Shown: positions 1 through 9,612, numbered from the stretch's first letter. The stretch is 64,000 bases of DNA from Candidatus Brennerbacteria bacterium (GCA_016183535.1 JACPEK010000002.1:1382-65381); one strand, 5' to 3'. Translations and numbers: made by a program. Notes: generated by a model from the letters alone, not told the origin.

Positions 1-9
1 TAATGTTTT

Positions 10-84
10 TGCGGGGAAGTGTAACGGTTGCACGTCTGGCTCATAACCAGAAGGCAGTGGGTTCAATTCCCGCCCCCGCAACAA
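10..84 (+). tRNA. tRNA-Met or Ile2 (anticodon CAT)
   Basis: Manual cloverleaf: acceptor TGCGGGG/CCCCGCA, anticodon stem TCTGG/CCAGA with loop CTCATAA, T-arm GTGGG-TTCAATT-CCCGC. No encoded CCA. Position 1 is U1:A72 and there is no U8. Confidence 0.6.
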
Positions 85-85
85 A

Positions 86-1225
86 ATGAGGAAAATAAAT
101 ATAGATTTTCCGGAAGCGCAAGAACTTGGCGCAGAACTTTTAAAACGCACGGATCCCGAAGGACTCCGCCTGGCACGCTTTCTCGCGATGCCGGATCTTT
201 CGCGGAAGGAAGGAAATCCCATTGCGGAGATTGTGAATCGGATATTGGCGAGTCCGTACTTTAAAGATTTAGACCTCATCAAAACGCCCGAGATCGTGCC
301 GGCCTCCGTGAGTTTTGATCTCTTCGATTTTCCCGCCGATCACCCCGCCCGGAGCCCTTCCGACACCTACTACGTGAATCATGAGCGCATCTTGCGCCCT
401 CACACTACCGTGATGTGGTATTACTACCTTCTTGATGAGGAAGTGAAACAACGCATCGCCGCCAACAAACCCGTCGGATGTTTCAGCTTCGGGAAAGTAT
501 ATCGCCGTGACGAGATAGATCGTAATCACATGAACGTGTTCCATCAGATTGACGGGTGGTATTTGGCTCCTCAAGCAGTGAAGACAATAGGCGTGAAAGA
601 GCTCGAAGAGGCACTCGGCGCTATCGCAACGGCGGTGTTCGGGTCGAGTGTGAGATATCGCCTGAACGAGGACACCTTCCCGTACACCCACCCTTCTCGC
701 GAGATGGAGGTGGAGATTAAAGGGAAGTGGGTGGAGGTGGTCGGATGCGGCGTGGTGAAGGGAAGTGTACTCGAAAAACTCGGGGTCGACCCCTCGAACT
801 ACACGGGATGGGCGTTCGGGTTCGGATTGGAGCGGCTCGCGATCGCGAGTATGGAGCTTCCGGATATCCGTCTCTTGTGGTCCGAAGATCCGCGGGTAAC
901 GCGTCAGCTGAAACTGGGGAATGAATACAAGGAAGTGAGTAAATTTCCCCCCATCACGCGCGATATCTCGTTCGTGGTGGGAAAGAATTTCGTGCCGAAC
1001 GATTATTTTGATCTCATCCGCGATATCGGCGGCGATTTAGTCGAAGAGGTGTCGCTTCTTGATAAGTACGAGGATGCCGGTAAGTTCGGCGCCGATAAAG
1101 TAAGCCATACCTATCGGACGGTATATCGCTCGAACGAGCGAACCCTCACCGCGGAGGAAATCAATGCGATACATGAGAACATTACGCGGGAAACGAAAGA
1201 ACGGTTCGGCGCGGAGGTGCGCTGA
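86..1225 (+). CDS. pheS: Phenylalanine--tRNA ligase alpha-type catalytic subunit with a C-terminal FDX-ACB-like anticodon-binding domain (monomeric, mitochondrial-type architecture)
   Basis: Class II motif 3 GWAFGFGLERLAI. C-terminal ~100 aa (FPPITRDISFVV...LLDKYED...KVSHTYRTVYRSNERTLTAEEI) resembles the ferredoxin-fold anticodon-binding domain normally found in PheT or mitochondrial PheRS. Confidence 0.8.
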   Translation: MRKINIDFPEAQELGAELLKRTDPEGLRLARFLAMPDLSRKEGNPIAEIVNRILASPYFKDLDLIKTPEIVPASVSFDLFDFPADHPARSPSDTYYVNHERILRPHTTVMWYYYLLDEEVKQRIAANKPVGCFSFGKVYRRDEIDRNHMNVFHQIDGWYLAPQAVKTIGVKELEEALGAIATAVFGSSVRYRLNEDTFPYTHPSREMEVEIKGKWVEVVGCGVVKGSVLEKLGVDPSNYTGWAFGFGLERLAIASMELPDIRLLWSEDPRVTRQLKLGNEYKEVSKFPPITRDISFVVGKNFVPNDYFDLIRDIGGDLVEEVSLLDKYEDAGKFGADKVSHTYRTVYRSNERTLTAEEINAIHENITRETKERFGAEVR

Positions 1226-1242
1226 AGGGCGAGCGTGAGACG

Positions 1243-1677
1243 ATGAAGTCATTCATGAAATTTTTCGACAGGGCGGAGGACAAAATGCGTGGTTGGTTGA
1301 GCCACTATCCGATCCTCTACGGTATCGTCGGCGGGGTCGGCACGGTGCTCATGTGGCGCGGTATCTGGCATACGGCCGATTTCTTTTCGGCGCGCTACGT
1401 GCACGGTGGTATGGAGGCCGGGCCCGGCACGGTAAGCTATCCGTTTTTGTGGGACGGTTTCCTCTCTCTCGTTGTGGGATTTATCATGTTGCTCGCGACC
1501 GGCCTTTTCGTCGCCAGTTTTATCGGTGATCACATCTTGATTTCCGGACTCCGCCGCGAGAAGAAAATTGCGGAGAAGACCGAGGAAGAAGTGGAGGAGG
1601 AAGCACAGAAGCTTGCGAGCATGAAGAACCAACTCGATCGCATCGAAAAGTCTCTCGAAGAGTTGAAGAAAAAATAA
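1243..1677 (+). CDS. Hypothetical membrane protein with a C-terminal charged coiled coil
   Basis: Two predicted TM helices followed by a K/E-rich helical tail. It is tightly packed between pheS and recG. Confidence 0.45.
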   Translation: MKSFMKFFDRAEDKMRGWLSHYPILYGIVGGVGTVLMWRGIWHTADFFSARYVHGGMEAGPGTVSYPFLWDGFLSLVVGFIMLLATGLFVASFIGDHILISGLRREKKIAEKTEEEVEEEAQKLASMKNQLDRIEKSLEELKKK

Positions 1678-1681
1678 CGTT

Positions 1682-3835
1682 CTATTCGAAATGCACCGTC
1701 CGGGCAAACGCCTCAAGACGGTTTTTGAGCGCGGGATAACGCGAGAGGGCTGGATCTTTTCCGGTGAGCGCTTCGGCGGCCGTGCGCGCTTTCGGTATGA
1801 GCGCGGGATGCTGGAGCGCTTTCATCGCAACATCCGGCATGCCGGTCTGTATGGTGCCGAGGAATTCACCGGGGCCGCGGAGTTTTAGGTCTTCCTCCGC
1901 GAGTTCAAAACCGTTCTTTGCCCGCGTCACCGCTTCGAGGCGTTTTTTCGTCGCCTCGGACGGTGAGCCGGTGAAGAGGAAAAAGAAAGACTGGTGAGTG
2001 CCGCGTCCCACGCGTCCGCGGAACTGGTAGAGTTGGGCGAGACCGAAACGTTCCGCGCTCTCCACCACCATAATGGTCGCGTTCGGCACGTCGACGCCGA
2101 CCTCGATGACGGCGGTCGAAACAAGAATGTCGATGGCGCCCTTCGCAAAGCGATCCATGATCTCGATCTTCTCCTTCGCTTTAAGCTTTCCGTGGAGCAT
2201 GGTAACTCGGAGATCGGGGAACACCTTTTCTGAAAGTTTTTCGTATTCCTCGGTTACATTTTTCATCTCTAATAACGAATATTCACGAATGCGCGCACGA
2301 ATTTCACGAATGTCATTCGTGGTATTAGCGTCCAATTCGTGTTCATTTGTAATCCTAGGGCAGACGACGAATACTTGCCGCCCGCGTTTCACGAATTCCT
2401 TAATGAACGCGTAAGCCTTCAAGCGGTCTGCGGGCGCCACAACCTTCGTTGTTATCTCTTTCCTTCCCTTCGGGAGCTCCGTTATCTGCGAAACGGCAAG
2501 ATTTCCGAAAAGGGTAAGCGCGAAGGTGCGCGGGATAGGCGTCGCGGACATAGAGAGGAAGTGTGGCGTCATGCCCTCCCGCGCGAGCGCCGCACGTTGC
2601 GAAACGCCGAATCGGTGTTGTTCGTCGACGACAACAAGCGCAAGGCGCGGAAATGCAACGTTTTGAGCTATGAGTGCATGGGTTCCTATCACGATTGCTA
2701 TCTCACCGTGTTTCAGCATGCTTCGCATTTCCTCTTTTTTCGCGTTGCGCTCCAGTCCGTCGCCGAGGAAGATGCGCGCGCCGCTCCCTGTGAGGAGTCC
2801 GATGCCGCCCTCGAAGTCGGCAAAGAATCCTTTGAGGGTCGTGTAGTGCTGGCGGGCGAGTATTTCGGTCGGTGCCATGAACGCGGTTTGATATTCCGTT
2901 TCCGCCGCCGCCCGTGCCGCGATTGCGGCGACGACAGTCTTCCCCGATCCGACGTCGCCCTGCAGAAGCCGGTTCATTGGATGCGGGCGGGCGATGTCCG
3001 CGAGAATATCGTCGAGCGCCTTCGTTTGTGTTTCGGTGAGCGTGAAAGGAAGCGCGCCCATTAATTCTTTGCGGCGTTTTTCGGCGAGTGGAATGACAGG
3101 GGCGCGTTCTTTCGCGAGTCGCGCGCGCTCGCGCGCGTTTATAAGTTCGAGGAGAAAAAGATCTTCGAATGCGAACCGCCGCTTCGCGACCTCCGCTTCG
3201 GAAAGTTTGTCGGGGAAGTGAATAGCGTGGAGCGCGGAACCGAGTGAAGGGAACCCTTCTTGCTCCAAAAGCTCCTCCGAAAGGATGTCTTCTGCAGAGG
3301 TATTCTCAAGGATCGGTCGCAGGATGTAGCGGATACCCTTTGAAGTGAGTCCGTGGGTTTCGGGGTAGACCGGAACGATGCGTGCGGTGTGCGTGGGATC
3401 GTGTGGTGAGTAGTGGGTGGTGAGTAGTTCGTAGGCGGGATTCGAGAAATAAATCTCGCCGTTATCGTTTTCCGATACTTTGCCGGAAATATTTATCCGC
3501 ACGCCGGGTCGGAGCGTGTTTTTAAGATATGGCTGGTTCCACCACACCGCGCGAATGGAATTCTCGCCGTCGGTAATAATCGTTTCGGTCAGATAATGGG
3601 TGCGGCCCCACGTTTTCCGGCCGTTCACCTCGTAGATATCGCCTTGAATCGTCGCATCCTGACCGGGTTCGAGCTCTGCGATGCGGTACACACGTGAATA
3701 GTCCTCATAGCGAGAAGGGAAATGATAGAGAAGATCGCGGACGGTCGCAATTTTCAGACGCTTCAAGGCCGCGAGGTACCGCGGCGCGATGCCATGGATC
3801 GACGCGAGTGGGGTCTCGAGCGTGAGTACACCCAT
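1682..3835 (-). CDS. recG: ATP-dependent DNA helicase RecG
   Basis: 717 aa. N-terminal wedge/OB domain, Walker A GDVGSGKT, DEQHRFGV motif, helicase C domain. Confidence 0.92.
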   Translation of the reverse strand: MGVLTLETPLASIHGIAPRYLAALKRLKIATVRDLLYHFPSRYEDYSRVYRIAELEPGQDATIQGDIYEVNGRKTWGRTHYLTETIITDGENSIRAVWWNQPYLKNTLRPGVRINISGKVSENDNGEIYFSNPAYELLTTHYSPHDPTHTARIVPVYPETHGLTSKGIRYILRPILENTSAEDILSEELLEQEGFPSLGSALHAIHFPDKLSEAEVAKRRFAFEDLFLLELINARERARLAKERAPVIPLAEKRRKELMGALPFTLTETQTKALDDILADIARPHPMNRLLQGDVGSGKTVVAAIAARAAAETEYQTAFMAPTEILARQHYTTLKGFFADFEGGIGLLTGSGARIFLGDGLERNAKKEEMRSMLKHGEIAIVIGTHALIAQNVAFPRLALVVVDEQHRFGVSQRAALAREGMTPHFLSMSATPIPRTFALTLFGNLAVSQITELPKGRKEITTKVVAPADRLKAYAFIKEFVKRGRQVFVVCPRITNEHELDANTTNDIREIRARIREYSLLEMKNVTEEYEKLSEKVFPDLRVTMLHGKLKAKEKIEIMDRFAKGAIDILVSTAVIEVGVDVPNATIMVVESAERFGLAQLYQFRGRVGRGTHQSFFFLFTGSPSEATKKRLEAVTRAKNGFELAEEDLKLRGPGEFLGTIQTGMPDVAMKALQHPALIPKARTAAEALTGKDPALSRYPALKNRLEAFARTVHFE

Positions 3836-4037
3836 AAATGGCGGATAGTATAGCTGATTTTCTGTTTCTTTTCCATAAAAAACGGGTAGCGTGAATTTTC
3901 ACGCTACCCACCGAGAACATCCTTCATCGCAGTGTGCAACTGCGCGCAACATCCACTTGCGGGCCCATCTCATTTCAACCACCTCCTCCTTCCCAAGGTT
4001 CTGTGTTTACTCTAGCAAACGCGTCAAGAGCGTCTTT

Positions 4038-4110
4038 GTCCGCCCCCTGGGAGTCGAACCCAGAACCTTATCGTTAAGAGCGATCTGCTCTGCCAGTTGA
4101 GCTAGGGGCG
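4038..4110 (-). tRNA. tRNA-Lys (anticodon CTT)
   Basis: The reverse complement folds as acceptor CCGCCCC/GGGGCGG, D-arm GCTC-AACTGGCA-GAGC, anticodon loop CTCTTAA, T-arm CTGGG-TTCGACT-CCCAG. The tRNA begins with an unusual C1:G72 pair. Confidence 0.7.
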
Positions 4111-4230
4111 GGACGGAAAACAGTATATCCGATATACTGGAATCAGTTCAACTTTTGTGGTGAGCAATATCTGTGAATGTGGCTTTTTATTTTGCCGCCC
4201 GCGATTTTTGGGGATACAATCCATTTATAG

Positions 4231-4305
4231 GCCCCTGTGGTGAAATGGATATCACGACTGCCTTCGAAGCAGTTATTGGGGGTTCGAATCCCTCCGGGGG
4301 CACCA
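4231..4305 (+). tRNA. tRNA-Arg (anticodon TCG), CCA encoded
   Basis: GCCCCTG...CGGGGGC acceptor stem, anticodon loop CTTCGAA, T-loop TTCGAAT, 3-prime CACCA. It ends 5 nt before the cca start codon. Confidence 0.75.
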
Positions 4306-4310
4306 CCCAT

Positions 4311-5822
4311 ATGAAATTCACTATTCCGCACGAGGTGAAAACCATTGCGGAGACGCTCAAAAAGAACGGCCACCAGGCGTACTTGGTGGGCGGGTGTCTT
4401 CGTGATCTTCTCCTGAAGCGCGCGCCCAAAGACTGGGACGTGGCGACCAACGCACTACCCGACGAAATACAGAAAATCTTTTCTCGAACCGAAGACGAGA
4501 CCCCGACCGGCAACGGAGGGGCCGGAACCGTGTATGAAAACACGTTTGGCACGGTGGGCGTGAAGACAGAATCCGACGATCCGACGTTGAAGATTGTGGA
4601 GATTACCACCTTTCGTGTCGAAGGGCGTTATACCGATTTGCGACACCCCGATGAGGTGAGGTTTGCAAGGACGATTGAGGAGGATCTTGCCAGGCGCGAC
4701 TTCACGATAAATTCAGTCGCGCTGGAATTACCAATTACCAATTACCAATTACTAAAAATTGTTGATCCTTTCGGCGGCCAAGAGGATTTGAAAAATAAAA
4801 CTATTCGCGCCGTCGGTGATCCCGCGAAGCGCTTCGAAGAAGATGCACTCCGCCTTATGCGCGCGGTGCGGCTTGCCACGGAGCTCGGGTTTGAGATTGA
4901 GGCGAGGACAAAAGAAGCAATCCGTCGGCGCGCGGCGCTTCTCGAGGCGATTGCGAAAGAGCGTATCCGAGACGAGTTTGTAAAACTTATAATGAGCGAC
5001 CGCGCGGCCGAGGGCGTCATAGCGATGGAAGATCTCGGGCTTTTGAGGTTTGTGGCGCCTGAACTCCGCGAGGGGATAGGATGCGGCCAGAACAAGCATC
5101 ATATCTACACCGTGTTCGATCACAACGTGCGCGCCCTGAACTACGCGGCAGAGAAGAAATATTCATTCGAGGTGCGCCTCGCCTCGCTCCTCCACGATGT
5201 AGGGAAGCCGAAAACGAAGCGTGGCGACGGGCCGGACTCCACGTTCTACAACCACGAGGTCGTAGGCGCAAAGATGGCGGCGGTAATTATGGATCGTTTG
5301 CGGTTCGGGAATGATGTTGCGGAGCGCGTGGTGCACCTCGTGCGACACCATCTTTTCTACTACAACGTGGGTGAAGTGTCGGAGGCGGGCGTGCGGCGAT
5401 TTATCGCGCGGGTGGGGCCGGAGTACATTGAGGATCTTCTGAAAATTCGGGAGGCGGATCGCATCGGTTCCGGCGTGCCGAAGGCGTTTCCCTACAAGCT
5501 CCGCCATCTCCTTTTTATGATGGAGAAAGTGAAAAAAGATCCCATCCACCCGAAGATGCTCGCGGTGAAAGGGGACGACATAATGGCGATTCTCGGTATC
5601 CCGCCGGGGCCGAAAATCGGGAAAATTCTTGGGGTGCTTCTCGAAGAAGTGCTCGACGATCCAAAGCACAACGCGCGCGAATACCTTGAGCCCCGCGTAA
5701 AAGAACTCGCCGCGCTGAAAGATGAGGAATTGGAAACTCTTGCGCGTACCGCCCGCGAGAAAAAGAACGAATTCGAAAGCGGACTTGAGGAAGAGATGAA
5801 AAAAAGATACTACGTGAAATGA
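4311..5822 (+). CDS. cca: CCA-adding tRNA nucleotidyltransferase (class II head domain plus HD domain)
   Basis: GGCLRDLLL and DxD nucleotidyltransferase head; HD motif LLHDVGKP. The six-frame ORF starts at 4173 but overlaps the tRNA-Arg gene, so the start was moved to the ATG at 4311 (MKFTIP). Confidence 0.85.
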   Translation: MKFTIPHEVKTIAETLKKNGHQAYLVGGCLRDLLLKRAPKDWDVATNALPDEIQKIFSRTEDETPTGNGGAGTVYENTFGTVGVKTESDDPTLKIVEITTFRVEGRYTDLRHPDEVRFARTIEEDLARRDFTINSVALELPITNYQLLKIVDPFGGQEDLKNKTIRAVGDPAKRFEEDALRLMRAVRLATELGFEIEARTKEAIRRRAALLEAIAKERIRDEFVKLIMSDRAAEGVIAMEDLGLLRFVAPELREGIGCGQNKHHIYTVFDHNVRALNYAAEKKYSFEVRLASLLHDVGKPKTKRGDGPDSTFYNHEVVGAKMAAVIMDRLRFGNDVAERVVHLVRHHLFYYNVGEVSEAGVRRFIARVGPEYIEDLLKIREADRIGSGVPKAFPYKLRHLLFMMEKVKKDPIHPKMLAVKGDDIMAILGIPPGPKIGKILGVLLEEVLDDPKHNAREYLEPRVKELAALKDEELETLARTAREKKNEFESGLEEEMKKRYYVK

Positions 5823-5870
5823 GATCCGACCCCCGCACTCTTATGAGAAAATCGACAGGTTGGTTTGCTA

Positions 5871-6254
5871 CTAAAACCTGAACCATTCTCTCACTGATCG
5901 GGGCCATCCTACGATGAAAAGCAACGCCAAAGGCGTTCCCCAGTTCGCGGCTCGTTCTACAAAATCCAGCCATCCTACGCCCACGAGCGGTCTCACAAGC
6001 GCGGTCCAGAATGCCCAAAGAGTAGCACCAAGGAGAATTGCGGGGAATGGACGGAGAAGTATCACGAGCGCCGCCGTAACATCGAGAATTCCTATTGCGA
6101 GCAGGAGCTGTTTTGCAAGTATGGGATCAGCGACACCGAATTGCTGGATCCAGGCGATCCAGTCAGCTTTTCCGCCGACCGCGAGAAGTCCGTGGCCGAT
6201 GAATTCTCCCGCAACCGCTATTCGTAAAATCCACTCGACGGTTTTAGTACCCAT
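5871..6254 (-). CDS. DoxX-like small membrane protein
   Basis: 127 aa with 4 predicted TM helices and DoxX-type hydrophobic periodicity. Confidence 0.5.
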   Translation of the reverse strand: MGTKTVEWILRIAVAGEFIGHGLLAVGGKADWIAWIQQFGVADPILAKQLLLAIGILDVTAALVILLRPFPAILLGATLWAFWTALVRPLVGVGWLDFVERAANWGTPLALLFIVGWPRSVREWFRF

Positions 6255-6327
6255 ACATGAATTGTAACAAATCCCCGCATCTCCGATTGTGTTTTTTTAC
6301 GGAAAAAGGTTAAATAAGCATCGGTAG

Positions 6328-6401
6328 CGGGGCATAGTATAATGGCAGTACGCGGGGTTCGGGACTCCGTAGCTTGGGTTCGATTCCCAATGCCCCGACC
6401 A
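6328..6401 (+). tRNA. tRNA-Pro (anticodon CGG), CCA encoded
   Basis: C1:G72 acceptor CGGGGCA/TGCCCCG, which is the bacterial tRNA-Pro identity pair. Anticodon loop TTCGGGA with G37. T-arm TTGGG-TTCGATT-CCCAA. 3-prime ACCA. Confidence 0.75.
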
Positions 6402-6638
6402 TGGGTTTCGTATCGATTTCATCGATATCAACCCTCGTTCGGGAAAAAAAGAAGATAGCAGTATTTTCTTTTATTCTCGTTTTTGACCCTATAGTAAGGT
6501 GGTATTATGCGGTCCCGCCCACACTACTTTGTATAGCGGGATTGCGATTGGTAGATAGAAACCTTACGATTTCTATACCAATCGGAAACATTCGCACCGT
6601 GCCCCGCGCTCAATTTCGCCATAGCTCTTTCCAACGAA

Positions 6639-6712
6639 GGGCCTATGGTTCAGTGGTAGAACACGGCATTCGCATTGCCGGGACGGCGGTTCGATTCCGC
6701 CTAGGTCCACCA
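6639..6712 (+). tRNA. tRNA-Ala (anticodon CGC), CCA encoded
   Basis: Acceptor GGGCCTA/TAGGTCC with the G3:U70 Ala identity pair. Anticodon loop TTCGCAT. T-arm GGCGG-TTCGATT-CCGCC. 3-prime ACCA. Confidence 0.75.
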
Positions 6713-6897
6713 GAAGGCGAAATTTTAGTGCGGGGTTGCCGTCGAGTTCGCGAGGAAGTGGCGGGGCGATTATTGTCCGAGCGTACGATTTTGGTTAGAG
6801 TCACCACGCGCTTCACGCATGGAATGTCAGCCAGGATTCTACTGGAAGTAAATCCGAACTTTTTGGTATAATGACCACCAAAGTTTATTTACGCCAC

Positions 6898-7323
6898 ATG
6901 AATAAAAAAACTCTTCTGTTTGTTCTCGGCGGCGTGGTCGCGCTCGCCGCGCTCTATTTTATTTTCATGTATAGCACGAATGTGCGGACGCTCGCGGACG
7001 GATTGAAAATTGAAGATATTGTGGCGGGAACTGGGGTGGAAGCGGTTGCGGGGAAATTAATTTCCGTGCACTACACCGGCTGGCTTGCCGACGGGAAAAA
7101 ATTCGACAGCTCATACGACCACGGCGCACCGTTCTCGTTTCAGCTTGGGTCCGGGCAGGTCATTAAAGGTTGGGACGAAGGGGTGGCGGGCATGAAGGTC
7201 GGCGGGAAGCGAAAACTGACCATTCCGCCGGAATTGGGGTATGGTGGCGCGAATGTGGGCGGCGGCCTCATCCCGCCGAACTCCACGCTCGTATTCGAAG
7301 TGGAACTTTTGTCTCTAGAGTAG
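6898..7323 (+). CDS. FKBP-type peptidyl-prolyl cis-trans isomerase with an N-terminal membrane anchor
   Basis: FKBP core VHYTGWLADGKKFDSS...GQVIKGWDEG...TIPPELGYG. The ORF track starts at 6871, but that ATG overlaps a TATAAT box at 6860-6865, so the ATG at 6898 (MNKKTLLF) is preferred. Confidence 0.8.
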   Translation: MNKKTLLFVLGGVVALAALYFIFMYSTNVRTLADGLKIEDIVAGTGVEAVAGKLISVHYTGWLADGKKFDSSYDHGAPFSFQLGSGQVIKGWDEGVAGMKVGGKRKLTIPPELGYGGANVGGGLIPPNSTLVFEVELLSLE

Positions 7324-7349
7324 AGCAAGGCAATCTCTTGCTTTTTTTC
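7323..7349 (+). terminator. Rho-independent terminator after the FKBP gene
   Basis: AGCAAG-GCAATCT-CTTGCT hairpin followed by T7. Confidence 0.6.
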
Positions 7350-7482
7350 GTCGGGCATGGTACGATTTTCATGTCTTTCGTAAATATAAGCACTCCATAA
7401 TGGTGCGCGGTCGAACGAGAGAAGTAAGTTAAAAAAGCATTGCTTGAGCGCGTAGGATTCTTCTCAAAGTTTCACAGCGCAC

Positions 7483-7818
7483 TTGCAGCAGAAGGAAATG
7501 GCGAAACGACTTTATGTAGGGAACCTGCCCTACTCGACGAACGAGTCCGAACTCAAGGATATGTTCGCGGAGGCAGGAACCGTGTCGTCTGCCACCGTCA
7601 TCACCGACAAATTCTCCGGCCGTTCAAAAGGCTTCGGGTTTGTCGAGATGTCGTCCGACTCGGAAGCTGATGCCGCCGTTGAGAAACTCAATGGCCGGGA
7701 CATCGGCGGTCGGAAACTTACGGTCAACGAAGCTCGCCCCCGCGAGGAAGGAAGCGCCGGGGGTCGTGGTGGCTTTGGTGGTGGCCGTGGGTTCGGTGGA
7801 GGATACGACCGGGGTTAA
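7483..7818 (+). CDS. RRM-type RNA-binding protein with a glycine-rich tail
   Basis: RNP-2 LYVGNLPY, RNP-1 KGFGFVEM, C-terminal GGRGGFGGGRGFGGG. Confidence 0.85.
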   Translation: MQQKEMAKRLYVGNLPYSTNESELKDMFAEAGTVSSATVITDKFSGRSKGFGFVEMSSDSEADAAVEKLNGRDIGGRKLTVNEARPREEGSAGGRGGFGGGRGFGGGYDRG

Positions 7819-7835
7819 CCTAACCTCTATACTTA

Positions 7836-7876
7836 CCCCGCCTGTCCAATGGACAGGCGGGGTTTGTGTTTTTTAC
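7836..7876 (+). terminator. Rho-independent terminator
   Basis: CCCCGCCTGTCC-AAT-GGACAGGCGGGG hairpin followed by TTTGTGTTTTTT. Confidence 0.7.
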
Positions 7877-7900
7877 GATGCGGGCATTACACTCTAAACA

Positions 7901-9604
7901 ATGACGCGCGATGTGGAACGCCTCAAGGAGAAGCTCGATATTGTCGAGGTGGTGCGCGGTTATCTCCCGCTTCGGCCTGCGGGAAAAAATTTTTTGGCGC
8001 TGTGTCCTTTCCATTCGGAAAAAACCCCCTCGTTCATCGTATCGCCTGATCGGAAGTCATGGCACTGTTTTGGTTGCGGCGCGGGGGGCGACGCGATCTC
8101 CTTCGTGATGCGTTATGAGAATATGGAGTTCCCGGAGGCTCTTAAGTTTCTCGCGGAGAAGGTCGGGCTCACACTTCAGTCGCTCAATCCTGCCCATGAG
8201 CGCGAGTTTGGCGTGCTCTATACACTCCACGACGAGGCGCGTGCGTTCTATGAACGGGAACTCGTGAAATCCGAGGAGGCGAAACAGTATCTGAAATCGC
8301 GTGGATTGACAGGCGAAACCGCGAAGGCGTTCGGACTCGGATTTGCGCCAGGCGGCGAAACTCTTACGCTCCATCTGATCAAAAAAGGGTTCGCGGTAGA
8401 TGATATCGTCCGCGCAGGATTTGCGGTGAAGTCCGGCGGACTCCACCGTGATCGGTTCGAAAACCGCGTAATGTTTCCGCTCATGAACGCGGTGGGACGC
8501 GTGGTGGCGTTTACGGGTCGTATCCTTCCTTCAGGTGATAAGGAAGGGATAGGGAAATATGTGAATAGCCCCGAAACCCCTATTTTCTCCAAATCCAAAA
8601 TTCTCTACGGCCTGCATCTTACCAAGCACGAGATTGCGAAAAAACGCGAGGTGGTGTTTGTGGAGGGGCAAATGGATTTTCTGATGAGCTGGCAGGCGGG
8701 AATAAAGAACGTGGTGGCGGTATCGGGTACGGCCTTGACCGCTCATCACCTTGAGCGTTTACGGCGCATCGCGGACGCGGTAACGCTTTCTTTCGACAGC
8801 GACGAAGCGGGTCTCCGCGCGCTTGAGCGGGCGATGGATATTTTCCACGCATTTGATTTCCACGTGAAAGCTATGGATCTTGCGGGCGCAAAAGACCCCG
8901 CCGAGCTGGCGGTAAAAAATCCCTCGGCGCTTGTCGCCGCCGCGGCGCAGGCAGTGCCCGCTTTTCGCCTTCTCTTTGCTCATTATTTTCCCTCTCGCCC
9001 CTCGGAAAAAGGTGAGGGGCGCGACACGGCTGGTATGAAGCGCGTCATCCGCGCACTTTTGGGAAAGGTAAAGAAACTTCCGAGCGCGGTGGAACAGATG
9101 GCGACGATAAAAGAGCTTGCCGTCGCCTCTGATCTCTCCGAAACGGCGCTCCTCGAGGAATTCGAGTCTGTTCCGGTGGATGCGAAACCGGTGCCGGTTG
9201 CCGACCTGACGCCCGAACGGGAAGCGGAAGGGAGAGTGGAGATGCTTGCAAACCGCCTCGGCACAATCGCCTTTGCGGATCAGAATTTTTTTGCTATAAT
9301 TGCGGCGAACAAAGAATGGCTTCCGGACTATGTGCGCCGGGCCGTTGAAGAGCCGGCTTCCCAGTCGGCACACGCGTTCGAGATGCAGGCGTCGTATCTC
9401 GCCGCGAAGCTTCCGAAAGAAGCGCTTGATCGCGAATGTAATGAATTAGTGAAGCAACTCAAGATCGCCGTTTTGAAGCGGCGGCAGGAAAGCGCGCGGC
9501 GAGACGTGCGTCTCGCCGAAACCCGCGGCGATGAGAAAACGCTCGAGGAAGCGATGAAACATTTCCAGTCGCTCGCCGCGGAATTGCACGCGCTTGTTCT
9601 CTAG
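7901..9604 (+). CDS. dnaG: DNA primase
   Basis: Zn-finger [11 protein letters not shown]...[22 protein letters not shown]. It sits immediately upstream of rpoD in the conserved dnaG-rpoD arrangement. Confidence 0.92.
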   Translation: MTRDVERLKEKLDIVEVVRGYLPLRPAGKNFLALCPFHSEKTPSFIVSPDRKSWHCFGCGAGGDAISFVMRYENMEFPEALKFLAEKVGLTLQSLNPAHEREFGVLYTLHDEARAFYERELVKSEEAKQYLKSRGLTGETAKAFGLGFAPGGETLTLHLIKKGFAVDDIVRAGFAVKSGGLHRDRFENRVMFPLMNAVGRVVAFTGRILPSGDKEGIGKYVNSPETPIFSKSKILYGLHLTKHEIAKKREVVFVEGQMDFLMSWQAGIKNVVAVSGTALTAHHLERLRRIADAVTLSFDSDEAGLRALERAMDIFHAFDFHVKAMDLAGAKDPAELAVKNPSALVAAAAQAVPAFRLLFAHYFPSRPSEKGEGRDTAGMKRVIRALLGKVKKLPSAVEQMATIKELAVASDLSETALLEEFESVPVDAKPVPVADLTPEREAEGRVEMLANRLGTIAFADQNFFAIIAANKEWLPDYVRRAVEEPASQSAHAFEMQASYLAAKLPKEALDRECNELVKQLKIAVLKRRQESARRDVRLAETRGDEKTLEEAMKHFQSLAAELHALVL

Positions 9605-9612
9605 TTTTTACC

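Noticed and set aside
2279-2355. Cluster of ATTCGTG / CACGAAT heptamers resembling the r-protein spacer motif
   Set aside because: It lies inside recG and simply encodes the in-frame peptide NDIREIRARIREY (ATT-CGT-GAA codons). It is coding-driven, not a regulatory copy.
6374-6871. 165-aa ORF on the + strand spanning the tRNA-Pro / tRNA-Ala region
   Set aside because: It overlaps two well-formed tRNA genes and the structured spacer between them. There is no RBS and the composition is biased. It is a spurious ORF.
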